The notes beneath the pieces are model-generated. The model saw only the letters and a program-made list of their open reading frames with translations, was not told the origin of the DNA and did no database searches. Position numbers and translations under genes: made by a program. Below, in pieces: positions 1-8,692 of a stretch of DNA of 54,768 bases. This DNA comes from Clostridia bacterium (GTDB lineage: Bacteria > Bacillota > Clostridia > Ch29): the NCBI GenBank assembly GCA_035655175.1, contig DASRVG010000123.1:1-54768 (forward strand). The letters run 5' to 3'. Within the stretch, counting starts at the first letter, position 1. Each line of letters starts with the position of its first letter.

Positions 1-473
1 ACCCTTTCATCCGACAGGGTCCACGGCGTTTTTATCCCCACATACCAGTTCTGTTTTATCCTGCCCATGTAGTTGCCCAGTATTATAAACAGCACCCCCA
101 CCATTGCGTTGATCCAGAGGGTGATATTAACCTGCCTGCCAAAGGCTGCCATGATAGTAATTATATAAATCATCGCCATGATACCCATAATGGCTTGCAT
201 GAGCAGAAGATACTCCCTCTTGAACCTTTCATAATTCCTTCTTTTCGGGTCCACGGCCGGCAGCACAACAGCCAAGACGTATATCATTATTGAAACGATT
301 GGACCGATGGATACAGCCTCAAGCTTGGAACCGTACCTGTCCGGCTGCCCGTCAAAGGACCAGTGCACCGGATAACGTCCGTCTGCGGGAAGCTTCACGT
401 AGGCATAAACGGCGACGGCGCACACCACCAGCAAAATAATAAGCATTATCGGGTTACTGCGTATCTTGTTCAA
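1..473 (-). CDS. SdpI/YhfL-family integral membrane protein (DUF1648 + SdpI-like). The 3' end runs off the window.
   Basis: Absent from the ORF track because it starts with TTG (473..471), 8 nt after a GGAGG RBS directly downstream of the ArsR gene. My translation LNKIRSNPIMLIILLVVCAVAVYAYVKLPADGRYPVHWSFDGQPDRYGSK...GNYMGRIKQNWYVGIKTPWTLSDE is multi-TM and carries the IKTPWTL-type motif typical of SdpI-like proteins. The frame stays open to position 1. Confidence 0.75.
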   Translation of the reverse strand, partial: MNKIRSNPIMLIILLVVCAVAVYAYVKLPADGRYPVHWSFDGQPDRYGSKLEAVSIGPIVSIMIYVLAVVLPAVDPKRRNYERFKREYLLLMQAIMGIMAMIYIITIMAAFGRQVNITLWINAMVGVLFIILGNYMGRIKQNWYVGIKTPWTLSDER

Positions 474-491
474 CTAGTCCGCCTCCTTTTT

Positions 492-743
492 TTAAAAATT
501 CACCAGCCAGGCCAAAAGGTCCTGGAAAACCGTGGTATTTAACGAGTAAATGTTGTTCTGCCCATGCCTTTCCATGGATACAAGATTTGCATCCCTCAAT
601 ATTTTAAGATGATGGGAAATGGTGGCATGGGTGGTTGAAAAACTTTCGGCTATCTCCCCGGCCGTCATGTCGCTTTTTCTAAGCATCATCAGTATTTCTC
701 TTCTTGTTTCGTCCGAAAGGGCTTTGAAAGTATCTCCCAGCAA
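492..743 (-). CDS. ArsR/SmtB-family transcriptional repressor (SdpR-like)
   Basis: 83 aa. FKALSDETRREILMMLRKSDMTAGEIAESFSTTHATISHHLKILRDANLV is a canonical ArsR winged-HTH. TTG start sits 8 nt after GGAGG. It lies immediately upstream of the SdpI-like gene, the sdpR-sdpI arrangement. Confidence 0.9.
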   Translation of the reverse strand: MLGDTFKALSDETRREILMMLRKSDMTAGEIAESFSTTHATISHHLKILRDANLVSMERHGQNNIYSLNTTVFQDLLAWLVNF

Positions 744-770
744 AACACTAACCTCCGTTCGGATTCATGT

Positions 771-794
771 ATATTTAGATGCCTATCTAAATAT
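771..794. promoter_or_regulatory. Perfect 10-4-10 palindromic operator (ATATTTAGAT-gcct-ATCTAAATAT), the probable ArsR/SdpR autoregulatory site
   Basis: Read directly: 771-780 is the exact reverse complement of 785-794. It overlaps the predicted -10 of the minus-strand promoter. Confidence 0.6.
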
Positions 795-819
795 TCTACG
801 AAAAAGTCCCTGCTGTCAA
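791..819 (-). promoter_or_regulatory. Sigma-A-type promoter for the ArsR-SdpI operon
   Basis: On the minus strand: TTGACA (819..814), 17-nt spacer, GAATAT (796..791). Confidence 0.5.
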
Positions 820-873
820 TACCGAAAAGACCGGGACAGCGGTTTGGTCCCGCTGGTTCCGGCCCCTTACCGG

Positions 874-1959
874 TCACCTGTATTCCAGTATCCTTTCCAA
901 CACTTTATCCTTCAGCCTTTGTGTGGCTTCAAAGTCCATATTGCCGGCATAGTACTTCTCCAACACATCGTGGTTTTTTTTCGCATCCAGGATGGCGGAT
1001 ACTGCCTCGTTTATTATACGTTCAAATATGTCCGTATCCCTTTTGACTTGTTCCATGACCTCTTCCAATTTTGTTGTATCCAAAAACAGGTTCAGGTCCA
1101 CCATCCGGTCCGCCCTTTCCCTGGCCTTTGCGCTGCAGGTTACAGCAATGCCGAGTTCTTTCAGGATCACTGTGCAGAGCTTGTGCGGCTTTAGCGGATA
1201 ATGGAAGCATTCAACACTGACGCCCCTATCTTTAGCACTTTCGGCAAACCTCTGCAGCAGGCGGGTTTTGCCGGTACCGGGATGCCCCTCAACGTAATAA
1301 ACTCTCTGCATGTATTCTACCAGGGTTTCGGAATAATCCACATATCCGCCCGGAGTGTAGGCGCTTGCAAACAGGTGCCGCTCCCTGCCCGGTACCGCCG
1401 TGACCGGCCAGCCGTCAAATATCTCCTTGGCCAATTTTTCTGCGGTCAGGTTTACCCTTCCGTAATCCATGCAGCCGCCATATTTTTCCTCAATATCGTC
1501 CATAACGGGTTTTGCCGCTGCAAGCAATTTATACGCCCGGGCGAAATGGTTGCTTACTTTTTTGCTGCATTCTATAATTTCTTTACTGTTTTTCTCAAGC
1601 TTTTTAACGTCCCAGTACTCGCCAAGGTTTATTATTTCATCAACGGCTCCCGGGTATTTCGGGTCTACTATATGAGGGGCCGTACCGTCCATCAGGGCTA
1701 TCTTCAGGTCTTCTATTACAATCGCATCAAGGGAATCAAAATCCGAAGAGCAGTAGTGCAGTTCTATGTCGTAGCCCAAATCCCTCATTTCCCGGGCTAT
1801 TTCCCTCATGAAAACGGATTTGCCCGTCCCCGGCCCCCCTTTTATTATGAAAATACGTTTTGCATCATCCGGCAGTATATACCTGTAATATGAATAAAAC
1901 CCCTGGGAAGTATTGCCTCCGGGAAACATTTTTCTTACCCTTCCTCCCATAAAAACCAT
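874..1959 (-). CDS. P-loop ATPase with two Walker A motifs (PRK06851-like uncharacterised family)
   Basis: 361 aa with two separate P-loops: IIKGGPGTGKSVFM near the N-terminus and VEGHPGTGKTRLL in the second half. No other recognisable catalytic domain. Confidence 0.7.
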   Translation of the reverse strand: MVFMGGRVRKMFPGGNTSQGFYSYYRYILPDDAKRIFIIKGGPGTGKSVFMREIAREMRDLGYDIELHYCSSDFDSLDAIVIEDLKIALMDGTAPHIVDPKYPGAVDEIINLGEYWDVKKLEKNSKEIIECSKKVSNHFARAYKLLAAAKPVMDDIEEKYGGCMDYGRVNLTAEKLAKEIFDGWPVTAVPGRERHLFASAYTPGGYVDYSETLVEYMQRVYYVEGHPGTGKTRLLQRFAESAKDRGVSVECFHYPLKPHKLCTVILKELGIAVTCSAKARERADRMVDLNLFLDTTKLEEVMEQVKRDTDIFERIINEAVSAILDAKKNHDVLEKYYAGNMDFEATQRLKDKVLERILEYR

Positions 1960-2059
1960 CCTCCCATCTCACAGTCATTTTTCCCATACTATCAGTTTAT
2001 TAGAAAATAACCATTATGTGCGCATGCTTTGAATTTCCATTCCAGCCCGCCTACTATAC

Positions 2060-2088
2060 TTGACAGGAAATCGAAAAAAAATTAAAAT
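2060..2088 (+). promoter_or_regulatory. Candidate sigma-A promoter upstream of the ParM-like gene
   Basis: TTGACA (2060-2065), 17 nt, TAAAAT (2083-2088). This would give a roughly 210-nt leader. A second weaker candidate, TTGGCA-17-TATAAA, lies near 2250-2278. Confidence 0.4.
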
Positions 2089-2301
2089 TATTTCAACATC
2101 TACTAACATTTTTCGCTTATTTTGTCGATTATGTAATTAGAATATGTTCATTTACGTGCCTTTCCATAGAATACTTAGCAATGGCCCTTTTTCAAAGGAA
2201 TAGCCGGTGCTTCCACGGCGCCGGTTTAAACGAGTATAAATATATTATTGGCAACTTCGGTGCTATGATGTATAAACAAAAATTATTAAGGAGGTATAAT
2301 T

Positions 2302-3303
2302 ATGACAAAGCTGATAGGACTTGATGTCGGCTACGGGTTTGTTAAGGTTACCGACGGAAGAACCGGCTATTCCTTCCCGAGCGTCGTCGGGGAAGGACAC
2401 AATAAACCCACCTTTAACGTATTGTCCGATGAGCTGTCGGTGGTTGACGATCTGAAAATCGGTATTGGCGATGAACTGTTTTTCGTAGGGAAATCCGCAA
2501 TCAGGCATTCCAAGTTTGCCCACCGGGACCTCTCCTATACCAGGGCAATAAGCGACGACCTGGAAACCCTGTTTTTCAGCGCCCTCAGCCCTTACTGCAC
2601 CGAACCGGTAAACAGGTTTAGGGTTATTACCGGCCTTCCGGTTGAAAGAATGCACCTGGCTTCCGATTTGGCCGAAAGGGTGAAAGGGGAAAAGCTTGTT
2701 ACCATCTACAGTGAAGGCAGTCCTCATGAAGTTAAAATTGACATTGATGAAGTGGAAGTAGTGCCGCAGCCCCTTGGCACTTATTGGGCGGTACATCTGA
2801 ATACTCTGGGCCAAATAACCAACTCCCTTGAGGGGCGGGTAGGGATAATAGACGTAGGTTTCAGAACCACAGACCTTGCGTCTGTTGAGGATTCCGAGTA
2901 CATACCCGAAAAGAGCAAAACCGTTCCCATGGGCCTGGTGACCGCCTATGGCGATATTGCTTCGTACCTTGCCACCAGCTACGGGCTGGAAAAGGAAAGT
3001 TATGACCTGGACAATATAGTGATAAAAGGCAAAATAAACGTGGCGGGGGAAACAATTGATATTACCGAAGTAATCAACAACGCCTTTGAGAAACTGGCCA
3101 TAAACGTACTGGTGACGGTTAACTCCCATTGGAAAACCACCGATTTTGACAAGTTAATCCTAAGCGGAGGGGGCGGCCAATCGGTCAGCACTTACATATT
3201 ACCGCAGCTGTCCCAGGCCCAGCTTACCAACGACCCGATTACGGCAAACTGCCGCGGGTACCTCTCCTGGGCAAACCGTTACTGGGGTTCCTTAAAAGAA
3301 TAG
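2302..3303 (+). CDS. ParM/StbA-family actin-like ATPase
   Basis: 333 aa preceded by AAGGAGG. Actin-fold motifs are present: GLDVGYGFVK (phosphate-1), VVPQPLG, GIIDVGFRTTD (phosphate-2) and ILSGGGG (adenosine). Confidence 0.8.
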   Translation: MTKLIGLDVGYGFVKVTDGRTGYSFPSVVGEGHNKPTFNVLSDELSVVDDLKIGIGDELFFVGKSAIRHSKFAHRDLSYTRAISDDLETLFFSALSPYCTEPVNRFRVITGLPVERMHLASDLAERVKGEKLVTIYSEGSPHEVKIDIDEVEVVPQPLGTYWAVHLNTLGQITNSLEGRVGIIDVGFRTTDLASVEDSEYIPEKSKTVPMGLVTAYGDIASYLATSYGLEKESYDLDNIVIKGKINVAGETIDITEVINNAFEKLAINVLVTVNSHWKTTDFDKLILSGGGGQSVSTYILPQLSQAQLTNDPITANCRGYLSWANRYWGSLKE

Positions 3304-3308
3304 GTTTT

Positions 3309-3348
3309 AAGCCCATTCCGGGTACACCCGGCATGGGCTTAATTTTTT
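3309..3348 (+). terminator. Rho-independent terminator between convergent genes
   Basis: AAGCCCAT..ccgggtacacccgg..ATGGGCTT stem followed by AATTTTTT. Confidence 0.7.
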
Positions 3349-4051
3349 ACTCCTTAACCGGTGCTCTTCGTATAGGTATATAACACAGCACCGCAAGTAC
3401 TGCCGCCGCAATTAACAAGCTCAGGAACCCAATAAACGGGCTACGGCCGCCGGTTAAACCCATAGCCCTACCTATAAAACCTATGACAGTCCTGCCCAAT
3501 TGACCGCCCGTTTGCCTGTCTATAAATGCAAACATTATACCGGCTGCCAGCGGGGTAATGAAAACAACCATCTTCATGACTCCATCTGCCCTATAATACA
3601 GCATGGAAATAAACCAGCCCATACATGCGGCAAGCGTATACAACCCAAAGGACCACAGGTATTCTGCAGTGTAATTGCTAAACCCGTACAATTGCCCAGT
3701 CAGGCTCTGGTATCGAATTACAGAGCTTAGTATCGCGCTTAATGCCGTATCCGCCAGCGCCATAAAGGCAGCCAGTACCACCAGTGCAATAAGGTTGCCA
3801 TAATAAAACCTTCTTCTGGATACGTTATTGGCCATCATAAACTTAAAACCCGTTTTAAAGCAGTCCATACCTGCGATTGATATGAATATTATCGTTGCCG
3901 TTCCAAGGCCTCCGAAACTTACCTCTTCCGTTGCCTTTACTGCCAAGGCTATCGTTCCCAGCGATACCATTAAAATTATGATGTAAAAAACAAGTACAGC
4001 TTTATAAAAACTGTAAAGCTGGTATTTGGTTACCTTCAAGGTGGTACCCAT
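3347..4051 (-). CDS. ABC-2-type transporter permease
   Basis: 234 aa, about 6 hydrophobic segments, immediately downstream of the ABC ATPase. Confidence 0.65.
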   Translation of the reverse strand: MGTTLKVTKYQLYSFYKAVLVFYIIILMVSLGTIALAVKATEEVSFGGLGTATIIFISIAGMDCFKTGFKFMMANNVSRRRFYYGNLIALVVLAAFMALADTALSAILSSVIRYQSLTGQLYGFSNYTAEYLWSFGLYTLAACMGWFISMLYYRADGVMKMVVFITPLAAGIMFAFIDRQTGGQLGRTVIGFIGRAMGLTGGRSPFIGFLSLLIAAAVLAVLCYIPIRRAPVKE

Positions 4052-4065
4052 GGTTTTCCCTCCCC

Positions 4066-4926
4066 CTAATTAGTCAGGCTGATAAACAGCTTCTGAAGTT
4101 CTGTTTTGGAAAAGTCTATCCCAAGTTCCTTTGCCAGACCGGTGTTTCTTTCCTTAATATCCTCCAGTACTATAACGCTTTTCAGATTGCCAGTTTGTTC
4201 GATTCCCGTATACTTTCTGCCCTCAATGTATTTGTCAATTTTAGAGGCTTCCCCTGTAGCGGTATAGGAACAAGCAAGCAGCTCTTCCACCGGACTCTTA
4301 ACAATAAGTTTACCCTCTTTTATTATGATGACTTCTTCCAAAACCCGAGCCACTTCTTCAATAAGATGGGTGGATATTATAATGGTCCTGGGGTTTTGCG
4401 CATAATTAGCCAGCAGTTCCTTGTACAGCATATCCCTGTGGTTTGCATCAAGCCCCAGTACCGGTTCATCAAACAGCATAATATCAGCATTTGAAGCCAG
4501 GGCAGTTACTGCTTTGAAGATGGAAGTATACCCTGTGGACAGGTTCTTTACCTTTTTATTAGTGTCCAACCCGAACTTATCCGCCAGGTCCCTGGCGTAT
4601 TCCATGTCAAACTTTGGATAGAACCGGCGACTCCACTTGAAAATGTTCTTAACCCTTTCCTCAACCGGATAAAGGTTCTTCTCGGTCATATAGAATATAC
4701 TGCCAAGCACTTTGTCGTTTTCATGTACGTTTTCACCGTCAATCCTTATCTCACCTTCGGTAGGGAATATCCTGCCGGTCATCAGGTTAAGAAGGGTGGT
4801 CTTCCCCGCTCCGTTTCTGCCCAACAGCCCGTAAATTTTACCCGGCTCTATGGTAAAATTTAAGCAATCGAGAGCCTTGTTTGTCTTGTAATATTTGGTT
4901 AGTTCTTTTACTTCTATCGTTTTCAT
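4066..4926 (-). CDS. ABC transporter ATP-binding protein
   Basis: Walker A GRNGAGKTT, signature LSTGY, Walker B MLFDEP. Its ATG overlaps the stop of the GntR gene (ATGA). Confidence 0.9.
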   Translation of the reverse strand: MKTIEVKELTKYYKTNKALDCLNFTIEPGKIYGLLGRNGAGKTTLLNLMTGRIFPTEGEIRIDGENVHENDKVLGSIFYMTEKNLYPVEERVKNIFKWSRRFYPKFDMEYARDLADKFGLDTNKKVKNLSTGYTSIFKAVTALASNADIMLFDEPVLGLDANHRDMLYKELLANYAQNPRTIIISTHLIEEVARVLEEVIIIKEGKLIVKSPVEELLACSYTATGEASKIDKYIEGRKYTGIEQTGNLKSVIVLEDIKERNTGLAKELGIDFSKTELQKLFISLTN

Positions 4927-5291
4927 ATCTCTTTCCTCCCCTCTATCATCCCTATTATTTCTTCCTTCGATATCCCCAGCTTAAAAGCCTCATCCATCAA
5001 AGGCAGTATAAAGTCCTGTAAAAAGTCTTTCCTGCGTTTTTTTAGTATCCTTTCCCTGGCGCCGGTGGAAACAAACATACCGACACCCCTTTTCTTGTAT
5101 AGGATTCCTTCATCCACCAGAACGTTTACCCCCTTGCCTGCAGTTGCAGAGTTTATCTTATACTTTACCGATATCTCGGTGGTGGATATAATCTGGGTCT
5201 CCTCTTGGAAAATCCCCTTCAGTATATTGTCCTCGATGGCCTCCGCCAATTGAAGGTATATCGGCTTTTCGCTGTTAAAATCAATAAGCAA
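4923..5291 (-). CDS. GntR-family transcriptional regulator, YtrA subfamily
   Basis: 122 aa. KPIYLQLAEAIEDNILKG...STTEISVKYKINSATAGKGVNVLVDEGILYKKRGVGMFV is a GntR wHTH with the short YtrA-type C-terminus. TTG start follows GGGAGG. Confidence 0.85.
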   Translation of the reverse strand: MLIDFNSEKPIYLQLAEAIEDNILKGIFQEETQIISTTEISVKYKINSATAGKGVNVLVDEGILYKKRGVGMFVSTGARERILKKRRKDFLQDFILPLMDEAFKLGISKEEIIGMIEGRKEI

Positions 5292-5314
5292 GGATGTCAG
5301 CCTCCCTTGACCAT

Positions 5315-5365
5315 TAGTTAACTACTTATGTAACTAACTATATAACCTATGCTTCCAAATGTCAA
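5315..5365 (-). promoter_or_regulatory. Promoter plus inverted repeat (possible YtrA operator)
   Basis: Minus strand: TTGACA (5365..5360), 17 nt, TATAGT (5342..5337). Directly downstream lies a TAGTTA-N10-TAACTA inverted repeat (5315-5336). Confidence 0.4.
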
Positions 5366-5383
5366 TATATTTATTAACTTTTT

Positions 5384-5416
5384 TAATAAAAAACATCTAT
5401 CCTTTGCAGATAGATG
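5384..5416 (-). terminator. Rho-independent terminator of pgi
   Basis: Stem ACATCTATC / GATAGATGT (5392-5400 / 5408-5416) followed on the minus strand by a T-run. Confidence 0.75.
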
Positions 5417-5448
5417 TCCTTACTAAAGTATAGTATGTTTATCCGGTT

Positions 5449-6783
5449 CTAGTAGCCCGGCCTTCCCATAAGGCGGTAGGTAATCCTCTTGCCCTCCTCC
5501 ACCGCCGGCTGGTCAAAGGCGTTTATCCCCATGAGCTCGCCCATGTAAGCGGTCATAAGCATGTAGAAGAATATGAGCTGGCCTATTGTATAGGGCGATA
5601 CCGTCGGCAGGGATATCCTAAGGCACATCCTTCCCCGTTTTGCCAGCACGCTCTCGGTGGCCTCCAGCTCGGATGCCAGCAGTTTTTCCAGCGTGCTGCC
5701 GCCCAGATACTGCAGTTCATTTCCTACCCCGCCCGGTAGTGGTATAATAAATGAGTTTTGTCTTTTCTCAACCTCTATCAGCGTAAAAATTTTATCGTCC
5801 GGTCCGTCCAGGAAAAGCTGCAGCAGTGAGTGCTGGTCCCTTGCCCCAATCGCTTTAAGGGGTGTCTGTCCCACCGGTACGGCAGTGCCACTGACATGTT
5901 TTGTTTTCCCAAGGCTTTCCGCCCAAAGCTGGCAGTACCAGTCTCCAAAATAGTCCAGGGCATCCGAATAGGGCATTACAACCGATATGCTTTTGCCCCC
6001 TTGGTAGGCGATATAATGCAGGGCCGCGCCCATAAGGGCGGGGTTCTTGCAAGGGTCATGGGCGGAGCAGCCCCTTAGTCCGGTCTCGGCCCCCGAGAGA
6101 AGTTCATCTATGTCAATGCCCGACACCGCCGCAGAAAGGAGCCCCACCGCCGACAGCGCCGAATACCTCCCGCCCACATTGCCGGGTATGTGAAACAGCC
6201 GGTACCCTTCCTGCCGGGCTATCTCAAGCAGGATTCCACGGGAGGCGTCGGTGGTGGCAATAATGCTCTCCGCCGCCCTTTTGGGACCCGCTGCCCTTTC
6301 CAGCATATCCTTTAAAACAAAGAAGTTTGCCATGGTTTCCACGGTACCGCCCGACTTTGTAATAACGTTAAACGCTGTATCTTTTAGGTCCAACACGTCA
6401 AGAAGCCCCTTCAAACGGTCGCTGTCTATGCTGTCCAGCACATAAACCCTTGGGCAGCCTTTTCTCTTACCGGCGGGCAGTTCGTTATACAAGGGATGGT
6501 TCAAGGCACAATGCAGCATCCTGTTGCCCAGGGCTGAACCCCCAATGCCTATAACCACCAGGTTTTTAAAATTGTCTTTAATGTACTCGGCGGTTTGCTT
6601 AATGGCCGCGGCACCCTCCTTATTTAATGGAAGGTCAAAAAATCCCAAAAGGCCCGCTTCCCTCTTTGCGTCCACCGCCTGGACGGCTGCTGCAAGGGCC
6701 GGGCGGTTGCTTTCAATTTCCCCTTCAACCCACGGAGCAGCCTGCAGCACCCTGGAAATGTCCAGCTTGATTCTATCGTTCAT
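5449..6783 (-). CDS. pgi: Glucose-6-phosphate isomerase
   Basis: About 444 aa. Shows VVIGIGGSALGN, GGRYSALSAVGL and the QHS..Q region typical of Firmicute Pgi. I place the start at ATG 6783 (GGGAGG 8 nt upstream) rather than the track's GTG 6789. Confidence 0.9.
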   Translation of the reverse strand: MNDRIKLDISRVLQAAPWVEGEIESNRPALAAAVQAVDAKREAGLLGFFDLPLNKEGAAAIKQTAEYIKDNFKNLVVIGIGGSALGNRMLHCALNHPLYNELPAGKRKGCPRVYVLDSIDSDRLKGLLDVLDLKDTAFNVITKSGGTVETMANFFVLKDMLERAAGPKRAAESIIATTDASRGILLEIARQEGYRLFHIPGNVGGRYSALSAVGLLSAAVSGIDIDELLSGAETGLRGCSAHDPCKNPALMGAALHYIAYQGGKSISVVMPYSDALDYFGDWYCQLWAESLGKTKHVSGTAVPVGQTPLKAIGARDQHSLLQLFLDGPDDKIFTLIEVEKRQNSFIIPLPGGVGNELQYLGGSTLEKLLASELEATESVLAKRGRMCLRISLPTVSPYTIGQLIFFYMLMTAYMGELMGINAFDQPAVEEGKRITYRLMGRPGY

Positions 6784-6911
6784 ATACACAGCCTCCCAGT
6801 ATTATCGGCAGCCGGTATCCGGCAGCCGTAAGCCCCTATGTGGTGCATTGCCCTGTAATTCCTTTTTGCTCCTTTGCAATCTTCCGGCTGCCAACTGCCA
6901 ACTACAAGCTA

Positions 6912-8657
6912 CTAAACAATCACTTCTTTAATAGCCCTATCCAGCCTTTTCTTAAGCCTTTCCAGCCTTTCCAGAGCCTCTTCCTTACCCAGGGCGACAA
7001 CTGAATAATACAGTTTGAGCTTGGGCTCGGTTCCGGAGGGACGTATGCATACCCATGAATTGCCCCCCAGGGCGAAATACAGCACATCCGAAACCGGAAG
7101 GTCAAGGCTTCCCATTTCCTCTCCATCTTGGCCGTATCTTAAACCGCTCAGGTAGTCCCGGGTCTCCTGTACCGGCTCCCCCATCAGCTTTGCAATATGC
7201 CCCCTGTTTTCCCTGAAATACTGCATTATTCGTCTAATCTTTTCCAGGCCCTCGCAGCCCTCCAACCTAAGGGACACAACGTCTTCCAGGAAATAGCCAT
7301 GCCGCCGGTACAGGTCCTCCAGCACTTCAGACAGCGTGACACCCTTAAGCTTATGGTAAAGGACCATCTCGCAAACCAGCAGCGCCGCAATAACGCCGTC
7401 CTTGTCCCGGACAAAATCCCCTGCAAGATACCCGTTGCTTTCCTCGTAGCCAAATACGAAGTTCTTCTCGCCGGTTTTTGAAAACTGTTCAATCTTTTCC
7501 GCAATGTACTTAAAACCGGTCAGCGTATCCAGCGTTTCCACTCCATAGCTTGAAGCAATCGCTCTTCCCATTTCGCTGGTGACTATGGTCTTTATTATTA
7601 CGTCACGATCTGAACTTAAGCCCTTACTGTCCCTGCTGGACAGGATGTAATCGGTAAGAAGCGCCCCTATCTGGTTCCCGGTAAAGGTTTCAAACGTACC
7701 ATCCTTTGTCCTCGCGGCTATACCTATCCTGTCCGCATCGGGGTCGGTGGCCACCACCAGGTCGGCATCCCCCTTTTGTGCAGCAGCAATGGCCATCCCC
7801 AGGGCTTCCCTGTCCTCCGGGTTTGGCGATCGTACAGTGGGGAAGTCCATGTGGGGCTCTTTTTGCTCCTTAACCGTTTCCACCCTTGAAAACCCTGCGG
7901 CGGCCAGGACTTTTGTCACCAGGCTGTAGCCGGTACCGTGAAGCGGTGTATATACTATCCGCAGCCTGCCGCCATTTTTTTGCACCATATCCCTGTCAAG
8001 GCACAGCGACAGAACCTTGCCGATATACTTCCGGTCAATCTCCTCCCCCACCTCTACAAGCAGTCCCTCCCGCAGAGCCCTTTCCCTGTCCATTACCGGA
8101 ACCCCGCACGCGTCACAAACACCGTGTATTTCCCTTGTAATCCATTCCGCCCTTTCGGAGGTTACCTGCCCCCCATCCTCCCAGTACACCTTAAAGCCGT
8201 TATACTCCGGCGGATTGTGGCTGGCGGTTACAACTATCCCCGCCGCCGCCCCGAGTTCCCTTACCGCAAAGGAAAGAAGGGGCGTGGGCCGTATATCGCT
8301 GAAAAGATATGCCTTAACCCCGGCTGCGCACAGCACCAGCGCCGAGCGCAGCGCAAACTCCCTGGAAAAGCGCCGGGAATCATAGGCTATCACCACTCCC
8401 CGGGCGGCGTATCCACTGCCCGGCGCATTTATATGGTTTGCCAGGCCACGGGCGGCCCTGCCCACCGTGTACACGTTCATCCTGTTTGTACCCGCCCCCA
8501 TAAGGCCCCTGAGGCCCGCAGTGCCAAACTCAAGGTGTGAACAAAACCTCTCCCTTATCTCCGCCCGGTTGTCCTCAATGCCCAGAAGCTCCACCTTTGT
8601 ATCCTCGTCTATATAAGGGCTGTTTATCCAGTTCCTGTACTCGCTTAAATAATCCAC
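6912..8657 (-). CDS. Phosphoglucomutase / phospho-sugar mutase (alpha-D-phosphohexomutase family)
   Basis: 581 aa. Phosphoserine loop VVTASHNPPEYNGFKVY, metal loop ATDPDADR, sugar loop GYEESNG. Confidence 0.9.
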   Translation of the reverse strand: MDYLSEYRNWINSPYIDEDTKVELLGIEDNRAEIRERFCSHLEFGTAGLRGLMGAGTNRMNVYTVGRAARGLANHINAPGSGYAARGVVIAYDSRRFSREFALRSALVLCAAGVKAYLFSDIRPTPLLSFAVRELGAAAGIVVTASHNPPEYNGFKVYWEDGGQVTSERAEWITREIHGVCDACGVPVMDRERALREGLLVEVGEEIDRKYIGKVLSLCLDRDMVQKNGGRLRIVYTPLHGTGYSLVTKVLAAAGFSRVETVKEQKEPHMDFPTVRSPNPEDREALGMAIAAAQKGDADLVVATDPDADRIGIAARTKDGTFETFTGNQIGALLTDYILSSRDSKGLSSDRDVIIKTIVTSEMGRAIASSYGVETLDTLTGFKYIAEKIEQFSKTGEKNFVFGYEESNGYLAGDFVRDKDGVIAALLVCEMVLYHKLKGVTLSEVLEDLYRRHGYFLEDVVSLRLEGCEGLEKIRRIMQYFRENRGHIAKLMGEPVQETRDYLSGLRYGQDGEEMGSLDLPVSDVLYFALGGNSWVCIRPSGTEPKLKLYYSVVALGKEEALERLERLKKRLDRAIKEVIV

Positions 8658-8692
8658 GTCCTCACCTCAAAAAAGGTTTTATGTTTCCCCTA

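Noticed and set aside
6790-6860. 22-codon upstream ORF (MHHIGAYGCRIPAADNTGRLCI) whose TGA overlaps the pgi ATG.
   Set aside because: The nearest Shine-Dalgarno-like sequence is about 20 nt from its ATG, and the ORF is largely the product of the GC-rich repeat arms. It is mentioned only as a possibility under the intergenic RNA finding.
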